The notes below the pieces were generated by a model that had not been told where the DNA came from, ran no database searches, and saw only the letters and a list, made by a program, of their open reading frames with translations. 64,000 nucleotides of DNA from Dehalococcoidia bacterium (lineage in GTDB: Bacteria > Chloroflexota > Dehalococcoidia > Bin125): positions 608,001 through 672,000 of the forward strand of contig OY820591.1 in NCBI GenBank assembly GCA_963555985.3, given 5' to 3'. The number at the start of each line of letters is the position of its first letter. Position 1 is the stretch's first letter. Of the stretch, positions 35,853 to 45,160 are shown one piece after another. The position numbers were made by a program, and so were the translations under genes.

Positions 35853-36995
35853 ATGAGCGGAACTCTGACCAAGGCGTCTGTCATAAGCTGGGCTATCGAA
35901 GAGTCCGGCTACAGCGTGCCCCAACTCGCGCAGCAGATGGAGTCGGTGAAGGCGACGGAATCGAAGATCCAGAGTTGGATCGATGGGGAATCAACTCCGA
36001 CCAGGGGCCAACTCACAAAGCTGGCGAAAGTTCTCCGTCGTCCTGTTGCCGTCTTCTATCGATCCGAGCCGCCTCAATCAGATTCGAAACTCTTGCAGCT
36101 TCGCACCGGCCGAGGAGCCAAGAACAGATCGCTGACCCCCGATGAGCGATTTCAGGTGCGCGAGGCGCGTCGGCGTCAGCGCTGGATTTCAGAACTGCTC
36201 TCGGATGAACCGACGGTCGATATCCCCTCGTTCCACAGTGGTGTGAGCGCAACAACCGCCGCGGCGCGACTTCGTCAGTGGTGTGAGGTGGATGCCGAGC
36301 AGATGGCGAGATGGAATAGTGATCACGACGGCTACCTCGCTTGGAAACGAGCACTCGAGAGCCGCGGCGTCTTGGTAATGGAGCTCCAGCTCGGACAAGA
36401 TGGTATGCGAGGGTTCTCACTCGCCGATCCGTATGCGCCGGCCGTAGCGGTCAATACAATTGAGAATGCGGCTGCTCGTTCATTCACCCTGTGGCACGAA
36501 GTTGCCCACTTGGCTCGATCTGACACCAGTTCCTGTCTCGTCTTGGACGAACTGACAGTAGATGGGTCGGAACGCTGGTGCGACCAGGTGGCAAGCGAAG
36601 TGTTGCTGCCGAAGGCGATGCTCGCTGATTTCTGCACTGCACGTCCAACCGCGGAGGGTATCGCGCTCGTTCGTGTGGTGGCGGAGAGATTTCGCACCAG
36701 CCTTCGCGCCACAGCAATGGCGTTGCAAACGCTGGATCCAAAATACGATGGGCTCTACGCCCTGGTGAATTCCACGGTCGGATTTGGCGATGCTGACAAG
36801 GGATTTCGCAGGAGTAGACGGGAATCGAACAGACGCCCACAGCGCCGCTTGCGCGAGACCGGTAGAGTCGGAAGCCGCACGGTGATCGATGCGTTGGCCG
36901 CTGATCGGATTTCTGAACGATCGGCGCGTCGGATACTTCGCCTGGACGGATACGAGCTTGGACGCTTGGGAGAATTGGTTGAGGACCTTGACTGA
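35853..36995 (+). CDS. XRE-HTH + ImmA/IrrE metallopeptidase
   Basis: N-terminal HTH, RSFTLWHEVAH (HExxH), ERWCDQVASEVLLP. Confidence 0.85.
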   Translation: MSGTLTKASVISWAIEESGYSVPQLAQQMESVKATESKIQSWIDGESTPTRGQLTKLAKVLRRPVAVFYRSEPPQSDSKLLQLRTGRGAKNRSLTPDERFQVREARRRQRWISELLSDEPTVDIPSFHSGVSATTAAARLRQWCEVDAEQMARWNSDHDGYLAWKRALESRGVLVMELQLGQDGMRGFSLADPYAPAVAVNTIENAAARSFTLWHEVAHLARSDTSSCLVLDELTVDGSERWCDQVASEVLLPKAMLADFCTARPTAEGIALVRVVAERFRTSLRATAMALQTLDPKYDGLYALVNSTVGFGDADKGFRRSRRESNRRPQRRLRETGRVGSRTVIDALAADRISERSARRILRLDGYELGRLGELVEDLD

Positions 36996-37501
36996 TGCAG
37001 CAGAGAGTGTGGGTGCTTGACGCCTCGGTGGTGATTGACTTCAAGATTCGCATCAATGTTCAGTTCCAGTGGGCATTCTTGCGTTGTCTGGAGCTGATGG
37101 TGAACGCTGGCTTGGCGTACATCACTGAAGACGTCGTTCGAGAAGTTGGTGACGGCGTTTATCCGGACGCGCCGGGTGCGTGGGTGTACGGAGTTCGCAA
37201 CGGAGTCCAGGTTGGCTTCCGCACCAGCGCTGAGGTGCTGGAATTCGTGCTGTCTCGCGCCGCAGATGTCGTCGATCCGGACGATTCGGAAGACGACGCC
37301 GATCCCTCTGTCATCGCGCAGGCCATCGAACTGATCCGTGACGGAAAACACCCAGTCGTGGTGACAAAAGACCGACGAGATCGCCAAGATCACATCTCCA
37401 TGCGCACGGCCTGCGACAGGTTCGACATCCCGACTTGCTCGCTGGACGAGTTCGTCGCCGAAATCGACTGTGACGCTGGAGAACTCAAGCCGGAGGCCTA
37501 A
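36995..37501 (+). CDS. DUF4411-like PIN-fold protein
   Basis: WVLDAS, VVREV, ADPSVIAQA, VVVTKD; TGATG coupling to ImmA gene. Confidence 0.75.
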   Translation: MQQRVWVLDASVVIDFKIRINVQFQWAFLRCLELMVNAGLAYITEDVVREVGDGVYPDAPGAWVYGVRNGVQVGFRTSAEVLEFVLSRAADVVDPDDSEDDADPSVIAQAIELIRDGKHPVVVTKDRRDRQDHISMRTACDRFDIPTCSLDEFVAEIDCDAGELKPEA

Positions 37502-38241
37502 GCCAAGCCGCCCCCATCCACGACAAACTCCGACCCGGTGCTGAAACTCGACTCGTCCGACGCCAGATACAGCGCCAGGTAGGCCACCTCCGACGGATCC
37601 GCGGCACGCCGCAAGGGGGTGTTCCGCAAGAACCGATCACTGTCCGCCTCAAACCCGGGCACCTGATGCAGCATCATCGTATCGATCGGGCCTGGATGAA
37701 TACTGTTCACCCGAATGTTGTAGCGGCCCCACTCTCGCGCTGCTACCTTTGTCATTCCTCTCACAGCAAACTTGCTGGCCGTATACGCAATTGACCCCGC
37801 ACCCCCGCGAAATCCCGCCGTCGAAGAGATATTCACCACCGAACCCGACTGCTGCGCGATCATCTGCGGCCCCACCGCCTTCATCCCCAGCCACACGCCG
37901 ATCTGATTGATCTCGATCACCTGCCGGTACATCTCCTGCGTCATCTCCACGATCGACGCATTCCGGTAGATGCCCGCGTTGTTGATCAGCGCATCCAGCC
38001 GCCCGTGCTGCTCCGCGATCTCCGCCACCAGCGCGTGCCAGGCCTCCTCGTCGGTCACGTCGAGGTGGTGATACGAGGCCGCCGCGCCGATCTTCGCCGC
38101 CGTTTCCGCACCCTCGGCGTCGAGCACGTCCGCCATCACCACCGCTGCTCCCTCCGCCGCGAACAGCTCCGCCTCCGCCGCGCCTTGTCCCCGCGCCGCG
38201 CCCGTGATCAGCGCCACCTTGTCCTTCAGCCGGTCGACCAT
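37498..38241 (-). CDS. SDR family oxidoreductase
   Basis: TGAARGQG, NNAG, YTASK. Confidence 0.92.
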   Translation of the reverse strand: MVDRLKDKVALITGAARGQGAAEAELFAAEGAAVVMADVLDAEGAETAAKIGAAASYHHLDVTDEEAWHALVAEIAEQHGRLDALINNAGIYRNASIVEMTQEMYRQVIEINQIGVWLGMKAVGPQMIAQQSGSVVNISSTAGFRGGAGSIAYTASKFAVRGMTKVAAREWGRYNIRVNSIHPGPIDTMMLHQVPGFEADSDRFLRNTPLRRAADPSEVAYLALYLASDESSFSTGSEFVVDGGGLA

Positions 38242-38344
38242 GATCAGACCCTTCCCGTTTGCAGTCTTGGCCTGCGCAGTCTAGAGAACCACGGCGCGTA
38301 TCCTACGAGTACGCGAAGCAATCCGACGAAGCGGGAGCACGAGC

Positions 38345-39199
38345 ATGGCAGGACGAATCGACGGCAAAGTCGCGGTGATCACGGGCGGCGCCAGCGGCAT
38401 CGGCGAGGGTGCCGTTCGCCTCTTCGCCGAAGAGGGCGGCCGCGTCGTCGTCGCCGACATCCAGGACGAACGCGGACACGCCCTGGTCGAATCGATCGGC
38501 GGCGACACCACCTACATCCACGCCAACGTCGCCAGCGAAGCCGATGTCGCCGGTTCGATCACCCACGCCATCGACCGCTTTGGCCGGATCGACGCGATCT
38601 TCAACAACGCCGGCTACGCGGGCGTGCTCGATCCCATCACCGAAGTCGACGAAGCCGATTACGACTCAACCATGGGCGGCCTGCTCAAGGGCGTCTTCTT
38701 CGGCATCAAGCACGCCGCCCGCGCCATGATCGCCCAGGGCGACGGCGGCTCGATCGTCAGCACCGCTAGCGTCGCCGGCGTTGGCGCGGGCAACGGGCCG
38801 GCCGTCTACAGCGTCGCCAAGGGAGCCGTGATCCACCTCACGAAAGTCGCCGCTTACGAACTCGGCGAGCACAACATCCGCGTCAACTGCATTTGCCCGG
38901 GCGGGATCGCCACTCCCATCTTCGGCAAGTCGCTCGGCCTCTCGGTAGAGGAAGCCGACAAGACCGTCGAAGCGATGGCCGAGGTGATGGGCCAAGCCCA
39001 GCCAATCCGGCGCTCGGGCCGTCCCGCCGATATCGCCCACGCCGCGCTCTGGCTCTCCAGCGACGACTCCTCCTTCGTCACCGGCCACGCCCTCATCGTC
39101 GACGGCGGACTCACCCTCGGCCGCCCCCGCACCGGAGAATTCGACGAGCAAATCGGCGAACTCTTCGACGCGCTCGGGATTGATCGTCCGGCTGAGTAG
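38345..39199 (+). CDS. SDR family oxidoreductase
   Basis: TGGASGIG, NNAG, YSVAK. Confidence 0.92.
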   Translation: MAGRIDGKVAVITGGASGIGEGAVRLFAEEGGRVVVADIQDERGHALVESIGGDTTYIHANVASEADVAGSITHAIDRFGRIDAIFNNAGYAGVLDPITEVDEADYDSTMGGLLKGVFFGIKHAARAMIAQGDGGSIVSTASVAGVGAGNGPAVYSVAKGAVIHLTKVAAYELGEHNIRVNCICPGGIATPIFGKSLGLSVEEADKTVEAMAEVMGQAQPIRRSGRPADIAHAALWLSSDDSSFVTGHALIVDGGLTLGRPRTGEFDEQIGELFDALGIDRPAE

Positions 39200-39232
39200 C
39201 GGCGTATCCTCCAAGTCAGAGGAGCACGGGCC

Positions 39233-39961
39233 GTGGACGACCTGATCTTCGGCATGGATGCCGATACCTACTACCACCGTCTCTGTCGCGGCGGCATGAT
39301 GGGCGGTGATCACCTGGCGGCGTTGTCCGGCGCGACCCCGGCCCAGATTCGCGGCTGGCGCACGCTGGGACTGCTGCATCCCGAGAAGCCGGACCCCTTG
39401 TTTTTCCCGCTCTATCCCAACATGTGGTTGTACTCGTGGGTGGACTACTCGCGAGCTCGCCTCGCCGTCAAACTGAGCGAACGCCGCGTGCCTCGCCGTC
39501 GGCTGCCGGAGCTGTTCGAGCGCCTGGACGCCGCCGTCCCCGGCTGGTATCTGTCGCTCCTGCCGCCCGCGCGTGGACGTGCCATCGTGATCAACCCCGA
39601 CACCGCTCAACTCACGGTGAAACTGTATGCCGACCACCCTGCGGCTCCTCTTCCCTGCTCAGTCAATCAGAATTGCTGCGACGCGGCCGACACGGAACTG
39701 TATGCGGCTGTCGAGATCCTGCGCGAACTCCAGCGTGAGGGATCGCTGGGGCAGCTCAGCCACGTGACCGATCTCATCGTGATAGACCCAGCCATTCAAG
39801 GAGGAGCGCCGACGGTGTTCGGACATCGAATTGAGACCGAGTTCGTCGGCCCGCCAGTGCTTACCGGCGCACAGAGCGTCGAGCAGATCGCGGAGCTCTA
39901 CCGCATCTCTCCCGAGAAAGTGCGGGCGGCAGTTGAGTTTGAACGAGCGTTGGCGGCCTAG
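39233..39961 (+). CDS. DUF433-domain antitoxin with N-terminal HTH
   Basis: IDPAIQGGAPTVFGHRI..IAELYRISPEKVRAAVEFE. Confidence 0.8.
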   Translation: MDDLIFGMDADTYYHRLCRGGMMGGDHLAALSGATPAQIRGWRTLGLLHPEKPDPLFFPLYPNMWLYSWVDYSRARLAVKLSERRVPRRRLPELFERLDAAVPGWYLSLLPPARGRAIVINPDTAQLTVKLYADHPAAPLPCSVNQNCCDAADTELYAAVEILRELQREGSLGQLSHVTDLIVIDPAIQGGAPTVFGHRIETEFVGPPVLTGAQSVEQIAELYRISPEKVRAAVEFERALAA

Positions 39962-39970
39962 GGCGATCGC

Positions 39971-40405
39971 GTGCGCTGCCTCGTGGATGAGAACATGTCC
40001 CCGGCGGTGGCCGCCGTCCTACGGTTCCTCGGTCACGACGCTCAGCACATCAACGACATCGGTTGGGCAACAAGTCGAGACGAAGACTACCTACCGCTCG
40101 CCGTCAACCGTTGGGACCTCTTGATCACCAAGGATTTATTCCGCGGCAAGCTCGAGCGTGAGGTCGCTCGACGGGCAATGCTGGATGGACTGATGATCCT
40201 GCATCTGCGCATCCCTGGTGAAAACCATGAACAAGACCTCCTCGGACAGCTGCGCACGCTGCTGTATCAGTGGCGCGCTGTGGAGCGGGTGATGACGCCG
40301 GGCGGCGATTATCGCTTGGCTGTGATCGCCGACGATGACCTGCGCGCGCGCTTTCGCACGCAGAGCGATGTGGCCGCCATGCCCGGAATCGGCGGCGGCC
40401 GATGA
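39971..40405 (+). CDS. DUF5615/VapC45-like PIN toxin
   Basis: LVDENMSP, GHDA, DEDY, LITKD. Confidence 0.8.
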   Translation: MRCLVDENMSPAVAAVLRFLGHDAQHINDIGWATSRDEDYLPLAVNRWDLLITKDLFRGKLEREVARRAMLDGLMILHLRIPGENHEQDLLGQLRTLLYQWRAVERVMTPGGDYRLAVIADDDLRARFRTQSDVAAMPGIGGGR

Positions 40406-41748
40406 CCATCTTCGGACGGCATATCTTCTACGGCTGGATCGTCGTCGCCGCCGCCTTCATGGCCCAGTTCGTCGCGGTCGGTGTGCAAACCTCCGTCGCT
40501 GCCGTCTTTGCGCCCGAGATGGTCGCCGAGTTCGGCTGGACCCGAACTCAGTTCTTCGCCGCCGACTCACTCGGCCAAGGCATCCTGATGGTGGTCGGGT
40601 TCCTGATCGGGCCGCGAATCGACCGCTTTGGCGCCCGCCCGATCATGCTCACCGCCGCCGCCGTCTGTATCCCCTCGCTGATCCTCATGAGCCAGGTCGA
40701 CCACTACTGGCAGTACCTGATCGTGCGCGGCGTCTTCCTGCTCACCTCCGCCTCCGTGGCCGGCTTCCTCGTGCTCTCGATCGCGGTCTCCAAATGGTTC
40801 GTCGTCAAGCGCGGACAGGCGCTCGGCTGGACTTCGATGGGCGTCTCTATGGCCGGCCTGGTCTGGCCCTCATTTGCCGTGGCCGCTCTGATCGACCCGC
40901 TCGGCTGGCGCACCGCCTGGATCGTCCTCAGCGCCTTCCTCGCCGCCATCCTGATCCCCTCGGCGCTGCTCATGCGCCGCCGGCCCGAAGACTACGGAAT
41001 GCTCCCCGACGGCGGCCCGACCCAGCTCACGCCCGACCAGATCAGGGCTGCCCAGCACGACGATGAGACCTCCTTGACCCGCCATGAAGCCTTGCGCTCG
41101 AGCTGTTTCTATCTGATCGTGCTGATCTTCGGGATCTCCGTCGTCGGTATCTTCGCGATCTTGCTCAACGGCGTCTTCTTCCTGCGTGAGCACGGATTCA
41201 CTTCACTTGAAGCGGCGCTCGCTGTCGCCGCCTTTTCGCTGCTCTCAATGCTGACCAAACCGCCCTGGGGCTACGCCCTCGACCGTTGGGATACGCGCGT
41301 CGTCGGCTTCGCTTCGTTCGCAATGGGCGCAATGGGCTTTGTGCTCGTGATCAACGCCGCGCCGACCGGCAACTGGTGGCTGATCGCCGGAGCGCTCGCC
41401 CTGATGGGACTGGGAATCGGCGGCAACATTCCCATTCAGGACATGTTCTGGGCCGAGTACTTCGGCCGCCGCTATCTGGGCGCGGTGCGCAGCGTCGGTT
41501 TCCCCGTTGCCATGGGCATCAACGCCGTCACCCCTGTCCTGGTCGCCTTCTCCTACGACCTGCTCGGCTCCTACGAGGTCGCCTTCTACACCTGCGCCGG
41601 ACTCTGGGCCGCCTCCGCCCTGCTCTGTATGATGCTCCGCCTCCCGGCCAAACGCCGAACGCCGCTCGGTGAGCTCGCGCGCCGGCTGGCGGCGCTGATC
41701 ACTCCGGCCAACAACCCCGCCGCGCGCCCCGCCGCCCAGAAGCGCTAG
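40402..41748 (+). CDS. MFS transporter
   Basis: IFYGWIVV, GPRIDRFGAR, about 12 hydrophobic segments. Confidence 0.9.
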   Translation: MTIFGRHIFYGWIVVAAAFMAQFVAVGVQTSVAAVFAPEMVAEFGWTRTQFFAADSLGQGILMVVGFLIGPRIDRFGARPIMLTAAAVCIPSLILMSQVDHYWQYLIVRGVFLLTSASVAGFLVLSIAVSKWFVVKRGQALGWTSMGVSMAGLVWPSFAVAALIDPLGWRTAWIVLSAFLAAILIPSALLMRRRPEDYGMLPDGGPTQLTPDQIRAAQHDDETSLTRHEALRSSCFYLIVLIFGISVVGIFAILLNGVFFLREHGFTSLEAALAVAAFSLLSMLTKPPWGYALDRWDTRVVGFASFAMGAMGFVLVINAAPTGNWWLIAGALALMGLGIGGNIPIQDMFWAEYFGRRYLGAVRSVGFPVAMGINAVTPVLVAFSYDLLGSYEVAFYTCAGLWAASALLCMMLRLPAKRRTPLGELARRLAALITPANNPAARPAAQKR

Positions 41749-42464
41749 TCGGCCGCCGGAATCTCGATCGGCGAACTTCGCAGCCATCGCCCTTGATCCG
41801 GATCGATCGGAAAGTAGCGACGCTGCGGCAGAAAATCGTCGAAGCCCGACACCCGGAAGCCGAACTCAGTACGCCCGTTATCGAGCCGGCGCGCGATGAT
41901 CCGCCCGCGAACGCCGCTATCCAACTCAACCACCGAACTGTGCAGCCAGCGCTCGGGGATCGCGTTTGCCGGAAAGAGACGCCGCTCGGGCAAAATCTCC
42001 CTACCCGCCGCGTCGCGCAGGCCGAACTCGATGCGCCCGTCCTCAAGCAATCGGGCAATGATCTGGATGCTGGGCGCAACCGGCGCGGTCGTTTGCGCGC
42101 TGCTGAAATCGCTGAGGCGCACGCGCGTCAGTTCGCCGTAGCGCAACTCGAACTGCCGGCTCAGCCGGATCGAGTCGTTGCTGAGGAGATAGAACCGAAT
42201 CATCCGCCCGTCGTCCGAGGCGAGGTAGAGCAGCCAGCGACCGTCCTCGATCGTGACGGAGCCGAGCTCGGCTCCGTCAACCGCCACAGCGCGGACTTCC
42301 GCTCCCTCGAAGGCGTCAAAGTCGGTACCCCAGAACCAGTGCGGCGGCAGCGGAATACCGTCCTGCGCCTTTGCCGGATCGGCGAGCGTAGCGGCGAAGA
42401 GCAGCAGCGCCGACGCCGCGATCGCGGCGGCCCAATCTCGGCGTCGGCGACCGGGAACGTTCAT
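41745..42464 (-). CDS. Secreted hypothetical protein with two ~50-aa repeats
   Basis: Signal peptide ending AKA|Q; PPHWF; 2x IIAR..GR.EFG..P..R.FP..RWL.SS. Confidence 0.75.
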   Translation of the reverse strand: MNVPGRRRRDWAAAIAASALLLFAATLADPAKAQDGIPLPPHWFWGTDFDAFEGAEVRAVAVDGAELGSVTIEDGRWLLYLASDDGRMIRFYLLSNDSIRLSRQFELRYGELTRVRLSDFSSAQTTAPVAPSIQIIARLLEDGRIEFGLRDAAGREILPERRLFPANAIPERWLHSSVVELDSGVRGRIIARRLDNGRTEFGFRVSGFDDFLPQRRYFPIDPDQGRWLRSSPIEIPAAD

Positions 42465-42542
42465 CGCGCTTTCTGATTCGGCTGGGACGAACAGACCCGC
42501 GCCGAAACGCGGGTCTGTCTGGCTCTGCGCTCAACGGGTTGC

Positions 42543-43304
42543 TCAGCGCGGCGGATTGATCTCAATCTCCGAGCTCCGCAGCCAGCGGTTGTGATCGGGC
42601 CCGCTCGCGGGGAAATACCGCGCCGACGGGAAGATGTCGTCGTAGCCCGCTACGCGGAAACCGAATTCGATCCGTCCGTTGGGATCGCCTCCCTCACGGC
42701 GGGCGATGATCTGCCCGACAAAGCCGTCGCCGAAGTCGATTTCGGAACTGTGCAGGAAGCGATCGTGGCTGGGTCCGGTGGCGGGGAAGTAGCGCGCCCG
42801 CGGGAAGATGTCTTCACCGCTGGGTGAGCGCATCCCGAACTCGACGCGGCCGTCGGGCGCGCGCCGCGCGATGATGCGCACCATCAGCGTGGGCGGCGCT
42901 TCTACCTGGAGATCGTCATCCGGTACCTCGACTACGGTGAACTGCGCGAGCCGGATTCGCGTCAGCTCGGCCTTCTGCACGTCGTATTCGACCGTGGTGC
43001 GCGTGCCGTCGTCCGCGTCAAATTCGAATCTGACCTTGCGATGCTCGGTCGCAATCGTGATTGACCACTGCCCTTGAGTATTGACTGTGGTCGAATCGAT
43101 CGTCGCGCCGTTGGAGTCGACCGCGCGAATGACCGTGCCGCTGTAGTTGTCGTAGCCGATGCCATAGAACCAGTGCGGCGGATCGGGCAATCCCTGCGCG
43201 CTCAGACTGGGGGCAAAGGCCGCGGCCAGGCCCAACAGGGCGGTGAGAGCGGCCAGGCGGAGCGTCCAGCCCCGCCTCATCTCCAGCTTCTGGATCACTC
43301 GCAT
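42543..43304 (-). CDS. Secreted hypothetical protein, paralog of the downstream gene
   Basis: Signal peptide ending LSA|Q; same PPHWF domain and repeat pair; start could be 43280. Confidence 0.75.
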   Translation of the reverse strand: MRVIQKLEMRRGWTLRLAALTALLGLAAAFAPSLSAQGLPDPPHWFYGIGYDNYSGTVIRAVDSNGATIDSTTVNTQGQWSITIATEHRKVRFEFDADDGTRTTVEYDVQKAELTRIRLAQFTVVEVPDDDLQVEAPPTLMVRIIARRAPDGRVEFGMRSPSGEDIFPRARYFPATGPSHDRFLHSSEIDFGDGFVGQIIARREGGDPNGRIEFGFRVAGYDDIFPSARYFPASGPDHNRWLRSSEIEINPPR

Positions 43305-43508
43305 GATGATGTCTTCACCCTTCACTCCGTCGGTACCCACATTCAGCCTGCCGATACACCTGCCCTTGCCGATCCGATAAGCGGACGGTCAAGTAGCCGA
43401 TGCGGTTAACTCTACACGCGCTTTGCACATGGTGATCGGTGAAATCGGGACGGATTTTGCGCTCCGCTTACGCAGCAAGCCCAAACAGCCCCAATCTGGT
43501 AGCGGGAA

Positions 43509-44270
43509 CTAGCGCGCGAGGAAGCCGCCGTCGATCTTCAGCTCCGAGCCCGTGATGTACGAAGCCTCGTCGGAGGCCAGAAAGAGCACGCCGTTCGCCA
43601 CTTCATCGACCTCGCCCGTGCGCCGCAGCGGGATCGCGCGGACGAGCCGCGCGCGCGCGTCGTCGGTCATGCCCACGCTCGAACGCATCGGCGGCATGAA
43701 GCCCGGATGCACCGTGTTGACCCGAATCCCTTGCGGCCCCAGCCGAACCGCCATTGCCTTGGAGAAGTTGCGCACCGCCGCTTTCGAAGCGTGATAGGCC
43801 GGATGCCCCGCATCGGAACCGACGAAGCCGTAGATCGAGGAAATGTTCACGATCGAGCCGCCGTTGCCCGCCGTCAGCATCGCCGCTGAACCCAGCTTGG
43901 TGCCCAGGAAGACGCCGGTCGCGTTCACGTTCATAATCCGGTGCCAACCCTCGGTCGAGTTGGGGTCGTCCACCGAGGTTGATGACAGTCCGGCGTTGTT
44001 GACCAGCACGTCGAGCCGTCCGCCGTGCGCTTCGAGGGTGGAGGTCAGCAGCGCGTTCCACTCCTCCTCGGCGGTCACGTCCATCGAGACGAAGTTGGCG
44101 ACCCCGCCGGCCGAGCGGATCTGCTCCTCAACCTCGCGCCCGCCTTCCTCATAGAGATCGGCGATCACGACCGCCGCGCCCTCGCGGGCGAACAGCCGGC
44201 ACTCGGCCGCCCCCATCCCCGCGCCGCCGCCGGTAACGATGGCGACTTTGCCTTCGAGTCTTCCGGTCAT
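43509..44270 (-). CDS. SDR family oxidoreductase
   Basis: TGGGAGMG, NNAG, YHASK. Confidence 0.92.
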   Translation of the reverse strand: MTGRLEGKVAIVTGGGAGMGAAECRLFAREGAAVVIADLYEEGGREVEEQIRSAGGVANFVSMDVTAEEEWNALLTSTLEAHGGRLDVLVNNAGLSSTSVDDPNSTEGWHRIMNVNATGVFLGTKLGSAAMLTAGNGGSIVNISSIYGFVGSDAGHPAYHASKAAVRNFSKAMAVRLGPQGIRVNTVHPGFMPPMRSSVGMTDDARARLVRAIPLRRTGEVDEVANGVLFLASDEASYITGSELKIDGGFLAR

Positions 44271-44291
44271 GGTGATCTCCTAGCGTTCGGC

Positions 44292-44543
44292 CTACTGAAT
44301 GGGATCCGGTTGCTGATTGTTGGAGGCTTGCGCCCAAGCTCTACGCAGTTCGTCATGATGCTGTTTGGCCCAGTCGCGCAGCTGACGCTCATGTCGCTTG
44401 GACAGCCTTCCCTCGATGACCAACAGACTTTCTACCGCTATCTGCACTTCATCTGTACCCACCCGGGCGTGGAAGTGCGGCGGGTTGTGGTCGCCCGCAA
44501 TCATGAAGACCTTGATTGCGCCGACCCGACAGAGCTCAGACAG
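44292..44543 (-). CDS. DUF4160 family protein
   Basis: DHNPPHFHA..W...H..EL...W; homology extends upstream to in-frame CTG at 44543 (LSELCRVGAIKVFM). Confidence 0.8.
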   Translation of the reverse strand: MSELCRVGAIKVFMIAGDHNPPHFHARVGTDEVQIAVESLLVIEGRLSKRHERQLRDWAKQHHDELRRAWAQASNNQQPDPIQ

Positions 44544-45147
44544 GGGATGGGCTTCTTTCGTAGAGCTTCATGACCTCTTGCCATGGCAGTCCGGTGACGT
44601 CGATGTACAGCGCATAGCCGCATCGCTCGAGGTCGTCGCCCCAGATGACGTCGCTGCTACCGGCCAAACGAACCGACTCAAAGTACTCGCGATCTTGCCA
44701 TCCTGCGAAGGCAGGACCAGATGCCAAGAAGCTGAGATCGGCGATACCACTCGTCCCATCGGCGAACTCAACCCATATGGAATAACCCTCACGCGGCTCG
44801 ACGGCAACTACGTCTGTCGGACTCGGCCCAGAACTGCGTAGGGACCACTCTGGGTCCCACTCGGGATACAAGTCGTCGACAGATATGCCGGTCAGCCGCG
44901 AGTAGACCTCGTCGGCTGACATCTGGGTCTCGTACTCGACCCAGACCAAATCGCCGTACGGGGCGATCTGGATTCGCTCGAAGTACTCGCGACTCTGCCA
45001 GCGCCGGAAGTAGGGCTGATCGGCCAGGTCCGACAAATCGACGAGTCCGCTCACGCCGTCGTCAAACTCGACCCAGATCGTGAAGCCCTCGCGGGCTTCC
45101 ACCCGGATCGGTGTCTTCCACTCAGGCTCAGGGCCAAGTTCCGACAT
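44536..45147 (-). CDS. Tandem DUF2442-domain protein
   Basis: Two copies of VE.REG..IWVEF.DG.SG..DLS.LA..P.F..WQ.REYFE. Confidence 0.8.
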   Translation of the reverse strand: MSELGPEPEWKTPIRVEAREGFTIWVEFDDGVSGLVDLSDLADQPYFRRWQSREYFERIQIAPYGDLVWVEYETQMSADEVYSRLTGISVDDLYPEWDPEWSLRSSGPSPTDVVAVEPREGYSIWVEFADGTSGIADLSFLASGPAFAGWQDREYFESVRLAGSSDVIWGDDLERCGYALYIDVTGLPWQEVMKLYERSPSPV

Positions 45148-45160
45148 GACGGGTTCGCTC

